64,000 nucleotides of DNA, taken from positions 52,198 through 116,197 of the forward strand of contig CAZPYM010000004.1 in NCBI GenBank assembly GCA_964590105.1, written 5' to 3'. The position numbers were made by a program, and so were the translations under genes. Origin of the DNA: an uncultured Gammaproteobacteria bacterium (GTDB taxonomy: Bacteria; Patescibacteriota; Patescibacteriia; UBA11705; JABHMO01). Under the pieces are notes generated by a model. It worked only from the letters and a program-made list of their open reading frames with translations. It searched no databases and was not told the origin of the DNA. This document shows positions 9,961-20,115 of the stretch, piece after piece. Each line of letters begins with the position of its first letter. The stretch's first letter is position 1.

Positions 9961-10281
9961 TCATTTTAAAAACGCTTTGATCTGATCGTCGCTCAATCCA
10001 CCCGACATACCACCGATAGCGTTTGACAAACCCGAAGCTTGATTGTCGGTACCCTGGAGCTGACCGACGGAACCTATCACCTGCTTGTATGAATTCGCCG
10101 CCTGCTGAAAATAAGGCATGGCGTAAATGATCGCCAACACAATCGGCACGACAATTAAAACTAATTTAATAATTCCAAATACTTGCTGAAAAATAATATA
10201 GCGCCTGATTTTTTGGGTCATCTCATGAATCTCTCTGGTATATTCCAAGTTTTTGTACAAAAGTTTTTTTAGCTCTTCCAT
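9961..10281 (-). CDS. Hypothetical membrane protein
   Basis: 106-aa ORF with one TM helix; followed on the minus strand by a GCTGTC-GAAA-GACAGC hairpin plus U-tract. Confidence 0.65.
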   Translation of the reverse strand: MEELKKLLYKNLEYTREIHEMTQKIRRYIIFQQVFGIIKLVLIVVPIVLAIIYAMPYFQQAANSYKQVIGSVGQLQGTDNQASGLSNAIGGMSGGLSDDQIKAFLK

Positions 10282-10470
10282 ATATAAATATAAAAATCAC
10301 AAGTCACAAACAACAAATTACAAACAATAAAGCGGAAAAAGGTGAAAGTTAAAAGATAAAAGGTAAAAGTTAAAATCGAAATTCAGTTTACACAATTAAC
10401 CTAATTAACTTAATTAACTTTCCTACATTAACCCGAGCGAGGAGGAACGACGAGTCGAGGGTCGCGTTTT

Positions 10471-11157
10471 TCACCGCACCCGACAATCGAGGAACCACTC
10501 TTTGAACGGCTGCAAAATCTCATTAAGTTCCCTCTTAGTATAGGTTTTTTCAGAAGTAAAATTCTGATTGACCAGCTTGGCGGACGGACGAAATTGCTGC
10601 AGATAATACTTGCGCGATCCCTTGAGCTGCTGCGCCATCGCTTCAATATCCTCATGGGAATGCAGCGCTGGCAGCACGGTAGAACGAAATTCATAATCAA
10701 TCTTGCCCTGCTTTAATATCATAACACTTTTTTTGATTTTTGATAAGTCTATCGGCCGGCAAACAACTTTGGCGTATTTACGCCAGGGCGCTTTTATATC
10801 CATGGCTGCGTAGTCAACTAATTTTTTATCAATCAACTTTTGCAAAACTTCAGGATTTTGTCCGTTAGTGTCAATTTTAATTAAATATCCAAGTTTTTTT
10901 ATTTTTGTTAAAAAAGAAATAAGCCCGGTCTGAATAGTCGGCTCGCCGCCGGTAATACAAACCGCATCAAGCAATGACTGGCGGCCTTTCAAAAACTTCA
11001 ACACTGTGTCAGTGGAAATAACCCGAGCAATTCCTTTTACAATATCCGGATTATGACAAAAAGAGCAGCGAAAATTACATCCTATGGTAAATATTGTCGC
11101 CGCTACTTTGTCTGGATAATCAAGTAAAGTTGTCTTTTGGAGTCCGCCAATAAGCAT
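10471..11157 (-). CDS. nrdG: Anaerobic ribonucleoside-triphosphate reductase activating enzyme (radical SAM)
   Basis: GCNFRCSFCHN (CxxxCxxC), ITGGEPT, DTNG; next to nrdD. Confidence 0.92.
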   Translation of the reverse strand: MLIGGLQKTTLLDYPDKVAATIFTIGCNFRCSFCHNPDIVKGIARVISTDTVLKFLKGRQSLLDAVCITGGEPTIQTGLISFLTKIKKLGYLIKIDTNGQNPEVLQKLIDKKLVDYAAMDIKAPWRKYAKVVCRPIDLSKIKKSVMILKQGKIDYEFRSTVLPALHSHEDIEAMAQQLKGSRKYYLQQFRPSAKLVNQNFTSEKTYTKRELNEILQPFKEWFLDCRVR

Positions 11158-11249
11158 AAAAATCCATGGTGAGTAGTGAGTGAAAAACAGGGATCTACCC
11201 TAATTTCTAGTTCCCAATTTCCAGCTTCCACCTATCTTCTTTATCCTAT

Positions 11250-11396
11250 TCAAATTTTTGTTAAAACTTTGTTAAATGTTTTACGATCGTTGAATTCTGC
11301 TTTTTTACCGTCGTTCCAACGATGAATCGGACTCAGATAACCAACTACCCGAGAATAAACTTCACATTTTTGTCTTTGCAGTTTTTGTAATGACAT
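11250..11396 (-). CDS. Stand-alone glycyl-radical (C-terminal) segment of class III RNR, 48 aa
   Basis: Not in ORF track. Manual translation MSLQKLQRQKCEVYSRVVGYLSPIHRWNDGKKAEFNDRKTFNKVLTKI*. Carries the YSRVVGYL..WN.GK..EF.DR signature; AGGAGGAG SD just upstream of ATG. Confidence 0.92.
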   Translation of the reverse strand: MSLQKLQRQKCEVYSRVVGYLSPIHRWNDGKKAEFNDRKTFNKVLTKI

Positions 11397-11707
11397 ATCT
11401 CCTCCTTTTTTTTACGCCGACGCGCGAACCAGCCACGAACAACCGATAAGCTTTGCCTTGGCGCATGTTATGAATTATGTTCTTTTTTGATAATTAATTA
11501 TTCTAATTATTCTAATTCCTCTAATTGCCCTAATTATTCTAAATAAGCTCCGGGCGCCAAATCCCAAATTTCAATTTTCAGATTCAGAAATTAGAATAAT
11601 TGGAATATTGGGATTTATTTAGGTTAATTATCCCAAAGGGATCACTTTGGGATAATAATTAGGTTAATTAGAATAATTTACTCAGCAAAAGTCAAACGTT
11701 CCTCGCG

Positions 11708-13786
11708 CTACGAGTTATTAATCACTGATTTTTGTTCTGTTTTTATTACTTTGTCAATATAGCCCATCTCTTCATCGCAGTAAGGACAGAATTCATGCTC
11801 ACCTTCAATATATCCATGCGTCGGGCAAACACTGAAAGTCGGCGTAATAGTAAAATATGGCAAACGAAAATTTTCCGCTATTTTTCTAACCAAAGATTTG
11901 GTGCTCTCGGCCGACGGAAGTCTCTCGCCCACAAAACCATGCAAAACAGTCCCGCCGGTATAACGCGTCTGCAAATCGTCCTGCAAGCGCAAAGCCTCAA
12001 AAATATCATCAGTATGGCCGACCGGCAGCTGGGTGGAATTGGTATAGTATGGAGCCGCCTTGGTGCTTTTGTAAGATTCTTCATTGGCAACTATTATGTC
12101 TGGAAATTCTTCCTTGTCAATCCGGGCAAAACGATAAGCCGTGCCTTCGGCCGGGGTGGCTTCAAGATTAAAAAGTTCATTGGTTTCATTTTGATAATCC
12201 ATCAGGCGCTCCCGCATAAAATCCAATATCTGGCGGGCGAATTTGTGGCCTTCCGGAGTGGTAATATCATTGCCCCCCCCTAACAGATTCAAACAAGCTT
12301 CATTAACACCATTTAAACCAATTGTATTAAAATGATTTTTCCAGTACTCACCGAATCTTTCTTTAATCCCACTAAGGTAATGCCTGGAATAAGGATATAA
12401 ACCTCCTTCAGTGAATTTTTCAAGCGCATTTCTTTTTATTTTCAAACTCTTTTTCGCGAGGTCCATCAGGTCAGCCAGCCGGCTGAAAAATTCTTCCTTG
12501 TCTTTTGATAAATAACCGAGACGTGGCATATTGATCGTGACTACGCCAATACTGCCGGTAAGAGGATTGGCGCCAAATAGTCCCCCGCCTCTTTTTCTGA
12601 GTTCACGATTGTCCAGGCGCAACCGGCAACACATACTCCTCGCATCTTCCGGTTTCATATCTGAATTAATAAAATTGGAAAAATATGGAATGCCATACTT
12701 GGCTGTCATAGCCATGATCTTTTCAATAATCGGCGCGTCCCAATCCCAGTCAGAAGTCACATTATAAGTGGGGATCGGCCAACTAAGCACTCGCCCCTTG
12801 CGGTCGCCCTCTGTCATCACTTCGACAAATGCCTGATTAAACATGTCCATTTCTTTTTGAAATTCGCCATAGGTCTCTTTTTGCGGCTCGCCACCAATAA
12901 TTACCGGCTCTTTTGCCAAAGTTGAAGGGACAAACAAATCAAGTGTTACATTTGTAAATGGGGTTTGAAAACCAACTCGCGTCGGCACATTGATATTGAA
13001 TAAAAACATCTGCACTTGCTGTCTGACTTGTTCGTAATTAAGTCCGTCATAGCGAATGAATGGCGCGGCCAAAGTATCCAGATTGGAAACAGCCTGAGCG
13101 CCGGCAGCTTCCCCCTGCAAGGTGTAGAAGAAATTAACCAGTTGACTAAGGGCGGTGGTGAAATGCTTTGGCGGCTTGCTTTCTACCTTGCCGCGCACAC
13201 CGCCAAAACCCCTCATTAATAAATCCTTGAAATCCCAGCCACAGCAATACGGAGCCAAAAGCTGTAAATCATGAATGTGAAGATTGCCTTTGGTATGAGC
13301 ATCTTTGATATCCGGCGAATATACTTTGTTCAGCCAATAATTGGTGCTGATGGATGAGGCTACGAAATTATTCAACCCTTGCAAAGAATAGTCCATGTTG
13401 CTGTTTTCTTTGACTTTCCAGTCCAGCTGCTTCAAATAGCTCTCCATCAACTCGTCCGAATTAATAAGCGACTTGATATCCCTCATCTTGGCATGCTGGT
13501 CGCGATAAATAATATAAGCTTTAACTACCTTGATCAGCTTGTTTTCAATCAGAATTTCCTCAACAATATCCTGAATCTCTTCGACAGCAGGGATAGATCT
13601 TTCGTGAAATTTTTGATTTAAACGCTCAACAACCTGATCTGCTATTTGTTCAGCTTTTCCCTTATCTGGCTGGCTGGTTGCCCTCATGGCATTGAAAACA
13701 GCCAGAGCAATTTTGCTCTGATCAAAATCAACAATCCGATCATCGCGCTTTCTGATCTGAATAATTTTGTTTGCAGTGTATACCAT
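11708..13786 (-). CDS. nrdD: Class III anaerobic ribonucleoside-triphosphate reductase with ATP cone, lacking the C-terminal glycyl-radical motif
   Basis: N-terminal ATP cone (IRKRDDRIVDFD), HIHDL, YCCGW, RSMCCRL, EATPAEG, YTGGTV, CPTHG..CPYC; no RVxGY. Confidence 0.93.
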   Translation of the reverse strand: MVYTANKIIQIRKRDDRIVDFDQSKIALAVFNAMRATSQPDKGKAEQIADQVVERLNQKFHERSIPAVEEIQDIVEEILIENKLIKVVKAYIIYRDQHAKMRDIKSLINSDELMESYLKQLDWKVKENSNMDYSLQGLNNFVASSISTNYWLNKVYSPDIKDAHTKGNLHIHDLQLLAPYCCGWDFKDLLMRGFGGVRGKVESKPPKHFTTALSQLVNFFYTLQGEAAGAQAVSNLDTLAAPFIRYDGLNYEQVRQQVQMFLFNINVPTRVGFQTPFTNVTLDLFVPSTLAKEPVIIGGEPQKETYGEFQKEMDMFNQAFVEVMTEGDRKGRVLSWPIPTYNVTSDWDWDAPIIEKIMAMTAKYGIPYFSNFINSDMKPEDARSMCCRLRLDNRELRKRGGGLFGANPLTGSIGVVTINMPRLGYLSKDKEEFFSRLADLMDLAKKSLKIKRNALEKFTEGGLYPYSRHYLSGIKERFGEYWKNHFNTIGLNGVNEACLNLLGGGNDITTPEGHKFARQILDFMRERLMDYQNETNELFNLEATPAEGTAYRFARIDKEEFPDIIVANEESYKSTKAAPYYTNSTQLPVGHTDDIFEALRLQDDLQTRYTGGTVLHGFVGERLPSAESTKSLVRKIAENFRLPYFTITPTFSVCPTHGYIEGEHEFCPYCDEEMGYIDKVIKTEQKSVINNS

Positions 13787-14083
13787 ATATTAGTTACGGA
13801 TTTACAAATTTAGATCGTACCAATTATACAGGTTGAGTCTATTAACTTTTCATCAATCAATCTGCAAAATCTGTATATCGGTACCCCTAATAACAATAAA
13901 AAAATAGCCCCCTTAATTTGCTGCTCCTGTTTTAGAGTTCTTGCTTACATTATATATCAATTTCAAGCTTCATTCAAAATTATTAAAATAACTGCTCTTT
14001 CGCCTAAAATTTGGGGAATTACAAGTGTCGCCAAATCATTCTGAATAAAATAAATTTCAACTGTGGATAAGTTCTCGAATTAT

Positions 14084-14110
14084 AAAAAAAAACAGACGAC
14101 GCTCGCCTGT
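14084..14110 (-). terminator. Intrinsic terminator after the receiver-domain gene
   Basis: Minus strand ACAGGCGA-GCG-TCGTCTGT followed by a T run. Confidence 0.7.
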
Positions 14111-14115
14111 CCTAC

Positions 14116-14469
14116 TTACAATAAATCAATGGTTTGCAAGAGAGCCAGGTGAAATCCTTCTTGTTTCAGGATGCCTCTCGCACAAAATATTTCGCTTAGA
14201 ATTGTTAATCTGTCTTTTTTAACATCTAAAATTATGCAGATCACTTTTGGGTCCTGTTTTCTCGCCCATTCAATGAGATCTGTGCCATGACGATGGTCTT
14301 GTAACTCCCAGTCAACTACCAGTACCTCAGGGGAAAAACGCAAAAAAGCGTTTTTCCCAGACGGAACATTGTTCGCAATTTCCACCTCGAATCCTTCATT
14401 TTCCAAAAATCCTTTTAGCGTTCCGGTGACATTTGACTGATCATCAACAATCAGGACTTTATTTATCAC
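14116..14469 (-). CDS. Stand-alone response-regulator receiver domain
   Basis: KVLIVDD and VLVVDW (phospho-Asp); GTG start with AGGAGG SD. Confidence 0.75.
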   Translation of the reverse strand: MINKVLIVDDQSNVTGTLKGFLENEGFEVEIANNVPSGKNAFLRFSPEVLVVDWELQDHRHGTDLIEWARKQDPKVICIILDVKKDRLTILSEIFCARGILKQEGFHLALLQTIDLL

Positions 14470-14500
14470 AGCTCCCTCCTATCGCTAAAGAACAATCTTA

Positions 14501-15187
14501 TTATAACTCGTATATTACATTTTTACGTTCCACCACGACTGACCAATTGCGGCGCTTGGCTTCCTGATACAAAGTCAAAGTCGGATTGAAACATATTGGC
14601 TTGCCAACTATTTCAAGTAAATTGATATCGCTCTCACTATCGCCGACACCCCAGATATTTTGTTTTTCAATTTCAGAAAATTCCGGACGATTTATTATTT
14701 TTCGCGCAATACTGGCTTTGTCGCGCGGCACGTGCCGCATGGCGGTGTACCTGCCATCAATTTGTTCAATTGTCGCGCCATGGGACTCATGAATGCCCCA
14801 GGCTTCGGCAAACGGCTTTACAGCCTCTTCCGGCGAACAACTGATCGCGACCACGTACCAATTATCCCTAATTTTTTCTTTAATTAAATCTCGAGTATAA
14901 CGATAAACCAAATCTTTGTGCTCTTCAACCATTTCCCGCGCCAGCAATTCAAAGTCAGCAGCATATACTCCGGAAATTCTGTCTTCAAAAATTGTAATCA
15001 CTTTACTCAAATAATCATCATAACTGCCTTTGCGCTCGCGCCAGATTCTTTCCTCTTTTATAAAATGTTTTTTAATTGTCTGATTAAAAACCCCGACCTC
15101 TATCAATTTATCAATTAGATATAAAAATAATGACCAACGAAATAGCGTGCCGTCAATGTCTAAAAATAATAGTCCGCGATACTGCAT
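14501..15187 (-). CDS. HAD-IB (SerB-like) hydrolase
   Basis: FLDIDGTL, ISCSP, VGDSESD, VGKPICFNP. Confidence 0.85.
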   Translation of the reverse strand: MQYRGLLFLDIDGTLFRWSLFLYLIDKLIEVGVFNQTIKKHFIKEERIWRERKGSYDDYLSKVITIFEDRISGVYAADFELLAREMVEEHKDLVYRYTRDLIKEKIRDNWYVVAISCSPEEAVKPFAEAWGIHESHGATIEQIDGRYTAMRHVPRDKASIARKIINRPEFSEIEKQNIWGVGDSESDINLLEIVGKPICFNPTLTLYQEAKRRNWSVVVERKNVIYEL

Positions 15188-15230
15188 AGTTTTATCAAAA
15201 AAAAGACGTTAATAGCGCCTCCTTTGGTAT

Positions 15231-15366
15231 CAAACCCAAAGCCCAAAACTCAAAATTCAAAGGAAATTCTAAATTCAAAATATAAAATCAAAAGTAACAC
15301 CTTGGAATTTTAAATTTTATTTTTGGAATTTCCTTTGTGCTTTGGATTTTGAATTTTGGGCTTTAA
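15231..15366. repeat. Inverted heptamer-array hairpin (CAAAATT/AATTTTG family)
   Basis: Left arm AAAGCCCAAAACTCAAAATTCAAAGGAAATTC mirrored by right arm GAATTTCCTTTG...GAATTTTGGGCTTT; related copy at 45950-46085. Confidence 0.8.
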
Positions 15367-15369
15367 AAG

Positions 15370-16584
15370 TTACATCATTTTTCTCCGAATAAACGCCGGG
15401 ATTTCCAGATCCTCGTCATCGCCAGTGCTTGGTTCTGGTTCGATCATTACATCTTCCGGTTTAATTTTATCCGGATCTTCTTGTTCAGGCTCCAATGTTT
15501 TATGTTCTAATTCTTTGGCGTTGAATCCGGATTTTTCTTCTTGAAATTCTGCTTTTTCAATCGGCCGAGAAGCGGAAAAATAGCTTGGCGCGCCCTTTGG
15601 CTGGACTCGCAGTAAATGATTTTTTGTCGCTTGATTGTCAAACCCTGTCGCAACTACCGTTATTCTAATTTGATCTTTTAAATTTTCATCAATCACCGCG
15701 CCAAAAATAATCCTGGCGTCATTGTCAACTGATTCGGTAATAGTTTTGGCCGCTTCACTCACTTCATACATAGTAATGTCAGGCCCGCCCGTTATAGTGA
15801 AAATGATTCCTTTTGCTCCCTCGATTGAAAGCTCAAGCAATGGGCTAGCAATAGCTGCTTTGGCCGCCTCGATTGCCCTATTGTCACCGGAAGCTTCACC
15901 CATACCCATGAGCGCAGAGCCGCTGTTTTCCATAATTGTTTTTACGTCAGCAAAGTCAACATTAATAAGTCCGGGCATGGTAATCAGCTCTGAAATTCCC
16001 TGCACGCCCTGCCGCAAAACCTCATCTACCACGGCAAAAGCTTCCAAAAGCGGTGTTTTTTTATCAATTATTTGCCAAATTCTATCATTGGGAATTGTAA
16101 TTAAAGTATCAACGCGACTGCTCAGTTCATTTAACCCTTCCTCCGCGACCCTTCTTCTCGGCCCGCCTTCAAAAGAAAACGGCTTGGTAACGACAGCCAC
16201 AGTCAGAGCGCCAAGTTCTTTGGCGATTTCCGCGATTTTTGGTCCGGCGCCCGAGCCTGTGCCGCCACCGCACCCATAGGTGATAAAAACCATATCAGCA
16301 CCCTTGAGCATCTCTTTTAGCTCGTTTTGAGCCTCCTCAGCCGCCTTGCGACCGATAGAAGGATTCATACCCGCGCCAAGTCCGCGCGTAGTACTCTTGC
16401 CTATATGCATTTTACTGTTTGATAAACTAGCATGCAAAGCCTGAAGATCAGTATTTACAGCAATAAAATCAACTCCCTTTACGCGAGCTTGAATCATGCG
16501 ATTAATGGCAGAACCACCCCCTCCTCCAACGCCAACGACCTTGATCTTGGCGAAGGTCTGAATTTCCGGTTTTACTTCTGGCAT
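15370..16584 (-). CDS. ftsZ: Cell division protein FtsZ
   Basis: GVGGGG, GGGTGSG, INVDFAD, C-terminal LEIPAFIRRK. Confidence 0.98.
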   Translation of the reverse strand: MPEVKPEIQTFAKIKVVGVGGGGGSAINRMIQARVKGVDFIAVNTDLQALHASLSNSKMHIGKSTTRGLGAGMNPSIGRKAAEEAQNELKEMLKGADMVFITYGCGGGTGSGAGPKIAEIAKELGALTVAVVTKPFSFEGGPRRRVAEEGLNELSSRVDTLITIPNDRIWQIIDKKTPLLEAFAVVDEVLRQGVQGISELITMPGLINVDFADVKTIMENSGSALMGMGEASGDNRAIEAAKAAIASPLLELSIEGAKGIIFTITGGPDITMYEVSEAAKTITESVDNDARIIFGAVIDENLKDQIRITVVATGFDNQATKNHLLRVQPKGAPSYFSASRPIEKAEFQEEKSGFNAKELEHKTLEPEQEDPDKIKPEDVMIEPEPSTGDDEDLEIPAFIRRKMM

Positions 16585-16709
16585 AAGTAATGAGTGATGA
16601 ATAATGAATAGTGAGTGGTGAGTGTAAGCCTATTCTAGGTTCCCTTCTTCCACCTCTAGCTTCTTCCATCTTCTTTATCCTCTTGAAACACCACCTTATC
16701 ACAATGAAA

Positions 16710-17960
16710 TTAAGATATCAAATTTTTAAACCAGCCCTTCATTTTTTCGGCTACTTCGCGGACTGAACGTAATTGACTGGTTAAACCAAAGGTCTTTGGT
16801 CCTTTTTCGTTCATAGTATTGTAGCCCCACATCACGAGGCCTAGCGCAGTACAAAAGCTGAGGTCATTAACCTTGTCAACGGCCGTATTGAATCGACGGC
16901 TGCTACCAAGGGAAACCGGCAACATGGTTTTCTTTTTGCCAACTTCCACCATTCCGGCGAGCTTAGCGCCACCGCCAATTAAAATGATTCCCGCCGGCAA
17001 AAGTCCGCTGCGATTAATTTTTTGTAGCTCCTGATCGATTTTTGCAAATATTTCATCAACTCTGGCTTCGATAATTTCAGCAATATATTTTTTGGAAAAA
17101 ACCTGATCATCGCCGCCAAAATCCCGCAGATTTATTTCATTACCTTTTTCAAAATTTTGCGGCAAAGCGCTACCGAGCTCAATCTTGATGCGTTCAGCCA
17201 CGTCGAGAGAAGTCTGCAGGCCTATAGCGAGATCAGCGGTAATATGATCGGCTCCGATCGGCAGAACAGCCACATGAATTGCGTCACCTTCTTCGAACAC
17301 GCTGACTTTGGTTGTGGCTGCGCCAATATCAACCAGCGCCACTCCGAGTTCTTTTTGTCTGGTGGACAAAACTGCTTCTGCAGCTGAGAGACTCGACAGG
17401 ACTAAATCATTTATATCAATTCCAGTGCGATAAATGCATTTTGTTAAATTTTTAACTTGCGAACTCAAACCGCGCACCACTTGCGTTGTTACTTCGAGCC
17501 GTATCCCGGACATGCCAATGGGATCCTTGACGCCTGTCTGATTATCAATGGAAAATGTTTTTGGGATCACATGCAAAACTTCATAATTCACCGGCGCGGC
17601 CACAGCTCTTGCCGCTTCAATCACTCGCTCAACATCGTTTTCCTGAATTTCACCGCTGGTTCTGGAAATCGCAATCACGCCATTGCTTTCCTGCGAACTG
17701 ATATGCGTTCCACCAATGCCAACCCAGGCTGTTTCAATAGGCAGGCCAATCATGCGTTCAGCTTTTTCAAGGCAAGCTGAAATACTCGAGACAACGTCTT
17801 CGATGCTGACGACTGAACCTTTGTTTATTCCGAGAGAAGGCACTTCCACCACGCCGATAACATTCAACTGTTCATTGTCGCCTGACTTTGCCGTCTGGCC
17901 AATAACAATCCTGATGTTCGCCGACCCGATGTCTAATCCTGTAATTATATTTTCCGCCAT
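16710..17960 (-). CDS. ftsA: Cell division protein FtsA
   Basis: GLDIGS, LVDIGAATT, IIEARVDEI; upstream of ftsZ. Confidence 0.96.
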   Translation of the reverse strand: MAENIITGLDIGSANIRIVIGQTAKSGDNEQLNVIGVVEVPSLGINKGSVVSIEDVVSSISACLEKAERMIGLPIETAWVGIGGTHISSQESNGVIAISRTSGEIQENDVERVIEAARAVAAPVNYEVLHVIPKTFSIDNQTGVKDPIGMSGIRLEVTTQVVRGLSSQVKNLTKCIYRTGIDINDLVLSSLSAAEAVLSTRQKELGVALVDIGAATTKVSVFEEGDAIHVAVLPIGADHITADLAIGLQTSLDVAERIKIELGSALPQNFEKGNEINLRDFGGDDQVFSKKYIAEIIEARVDEIFAKIDQELQKINRSGLLPAGIILIGGGAKLAGMVEVGKKKTMLPVSLGSSRRFNTAVDKVNDLSFCTALGLVMWGYNTMNEKGPKTFGLTSQLRSVREVAEKMKGWFKNLIS

Positions 17961-18142
17961 AAATATTTAGTTGATTGGTTGACTAGTTGATTGATCTACT
18001 GAACGAAACGTTGGTTTCGATCAACAAATAAACTAATAAACAAAGAAACTCTGACTACATTATAATATACTTTTAGCAAAACACCAACAAGCGGATAAAA
18101 AACCCCAAACTTAGAGGCTTTTTCAAAGTTTTGTACACAATT

Positions 18143-18505
18143 TTAGTTCAGCCAAATTATCGGCCCGAATATGAGCAAAGCAACCGCTACGCTAGCCAAG
18201 GCGGTAATCAAAACTACAGCAGACATTATATCCTTTATTTCTTTTACATATTGATGTACTCTCGGCTGCAACATATCAACCAGCCGTTCAACAATTGTAT
18301 TCAGCATTTCCAAAATAAACACAGCGGTAATCATTAAGATTATCAAACACCATTGCCATGTTTTTATTTGAAAATAAACTGACAAAAAGATAACCGCAAT
18401 GGCGGCGATTAAATGCAGGCGAAAATTCTGTTCTTTCTTGATTACGGAAAACAAACCGCTAAAAGCGTTTTTAAAACTACGAAAAAGTTGCTTAATATTA
18501 ACCAT
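18143..18505 (-). CDS. dgkA: Diacylglycerol/undecaprenol kinase family protein
   Basis: SFKNAFSG, EQNFR, EMLNTIVE, IKDIMSAVV; adjacent to ybeY. Confidence 0.85.
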   Translation of the reverse strand: MVNIKQLFRSFKNAFSGLFSVIKKEQNFRLHLIAAIAVIFLSVYFQIKTWQWCLIILMITAVFILEMLNTIVERLVDMLQPRVHQYVKEIKDIMSAVVLITALASVAVALLIFGPIIWLN

Positions 18506-18929
18506 AAAATTTTTCTAGTATTTGGTTTTCCATTGCCTTCATTTTGAGAGCTTCACTCGCCCGCCGATGGTCAAACCCATACAAATGCAAATAGCCGTGA
18601 ACAATGAGTCGGAGCAATTCGCCAATAAAACTTTCACCAAATTGCTTGGCTTGTTTTCTCGCTTGCAATGGGCAAATTATTATTTCTCCGGCAAAGTTTC
18701 CGGCCGGAGCGCCTTTTTCAACTTCAGCAAAAGCCAGTACGTCCGTTACTTTATCTTTTTTTCGATACAGTCGATTCAATTTTCTGATTTCGGCCGGCCC
18801 GACAAAAGCCATTGACAATGATTGCTTTTTTTTAATTTTTAATTGCTTTTGCGCCAGCAACAAAACCTGCGAGATTTTCTTTCGAGGCGTGGAAAATTCG
18901 GTTCGATTATTTATTTCAATTTCAGGCAT
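18498..18929 (-). CDS. ybeY: rRNA maturation RNase YbeY
   Basis: LNRLYRKKDKVTDVLAF, HGYLHLYGFDH; start placed at ATG 18929. Confidence 0.92.
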   Translation of the reverse strand: MPEIEINNRTEFSTPRKKISQVLLLAQKQLKIKKKQSLSMAFVGPAEIRKLNRLYRKKDKVTDVLAFAEVEKGAPAGNFAGEIIICPLQARKQAKQFGESFIGELLRLIVHGYLHLYGFDHRRASEALKMKAMENQILEKFYG

Positions 18930-18954
18930 AGGAGGATTTATTCTTGCCGCGCAT

Positions 18955-20115
18955 TTATTGTTCAATGCTGACCGGCGGCGGAGTATACTCTTCTTCAGCA
19001 ACTGCCGGCGATACTTCCGGCTCAACACTGATTTCCGGGACATCGACTGTTGATAATTCGGCTGGCGTAAATTCAAAACTATTTACCACCATTTGAAAAA
19101 TATTTGGGAAACTGGCTTCTTCCTTCAGTCCGATATTATAATTAATGATAAAGACTCGTCCGTCCTTTTCCAGATATACTGTAAAAGCATCAGGACTTTC
19201 CAACGCTGAATATTCATTAAACGTTTTGTATGTCTTCAAATCTTTTTCCGCCACATTTGGAACTTGCGCCAGATACCATTCTTTCAAACTTTGCTCGGCC
19301 GGCTTTTCATCAATTAGAATATTAATAAATTCATTTTGATTGGAACTGATCATCAGATCACTCGGATCCTGACTATTCAGCGGTTGGATAAGCCAGCTGA
19401 CCGGGTACAAAATTCTATAGCCGTAATTGCTATTGGTATAATATTTAAAATTTTCCATTTCCCACAATCTGACTGAACCCGCGTCTATCGGACTATAAAA
19501 GTTTTCAATTTCTTCCTTGTCTTTGTAAACATCGCCGTCGCTGTCGATCATGTTTTCTTTGGTGCCAAATAAACCTTCTTCAACATCAGTCAGGCCGTCC
19601 TTGTCAGCATCCGGTCCGCTAAGCAGGGACAAGGTGAATTTGTTAATCTTTGACGGATCAAATTTTTCAACTGTCTCGACAACAGGTGTTATCGGCTCTT
19701 CTTCCGGCAAAACAACTTCCGCCGGCTTTTCCTCCTCCACTACCGGCGCTGGTTGCGCGGGCATTGGCTGAATTTCAGCGATCGGCTGCAATTGGGTTTC
19801 CGCCGGCTTTTCATAGCTCTTGTAGAGCAAATAAGCTGAAACACCCACCACGATCACAAGCACGGCGATTATGATAACATTCAAAATCTTTTTTTTCTTG
19901 CCTGGATCCATTGGCGGCCGCGAAACAGCGCCCAGCCTGGATTTTTTTATCGGCTTGCCGGCGTTCGTGGATTCTACAGTCTTGCTTCCCAAATAATATT
20001 CCATCGGCATGGTATAAACCTTGCCATCTGCGTCACTTTTTGCTTCAGGCGTTGCGCCGGCCGGCGTTGGAGCGGCGGGCTGATTATTTTTCTTGTTTTC
20101 TGCGTCTTCAAACAT
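18955..20115 (-). CDS. Membrane-anchored protein with TSP3-like Ca-binding repeat and PsbP-like C-terminal domain
   Basis: One TM helix; DADKDGLTDVEE..GT..DSDGD; YTNSNYGYRILYPVSW. Confidence 0.65.
   Translation of the reverse strand: MFEDAENKKNNQPAAPTPAGATPEAKSDADGKVYTMPMEYYLGSKTVESTNAGKPIKKSRLGAVSRPPMDPGKKKKILNVIIIAVLVIVVGVSAYLLYKSYEKPAETQLQPIAEIQPMPAQPAPVVEEEKPAEVVLPEEEPITPVVETVEKFDPSKINKFTLSLLSGPDADKDGLTDVEEGLFGTKENMIDSDGDVYKDKEEIENFYSPIDAGSVRLWEMENFKYYTNSNYGYRILYPVSWLIQPLNSQDPSDLMISSNQNEFINILIDEKPAEQSLKEWYLAQVPNVAEKDLKTYKTFNEYSALESPDAFTVYLEKDGRVFIINYNIGLKEEASFPNIFQMVVNSFEFTPAELSTVDVPEISVEPEVSPAVAEEEYTPPPVSIEQ

Noticed and set aside
11397-11707. Intron, intein or read-through joining nrdD to the radical peptide
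   Set aside because: No group I/II features seen, the array DNA is dense with stop codons, and the small ORF has its own strong SD.
13780-13795. NrdR box at the nrdD start
   Set aside because: Spacing is off by one from the consensus and there is no second box.
14062-14070. Perfect DnaA box (TGTGGATAA) upstream of nrdD
   Set aside because: Isolated 9-mer that also occurs inside yqeY; insufficient alone to call regulation.
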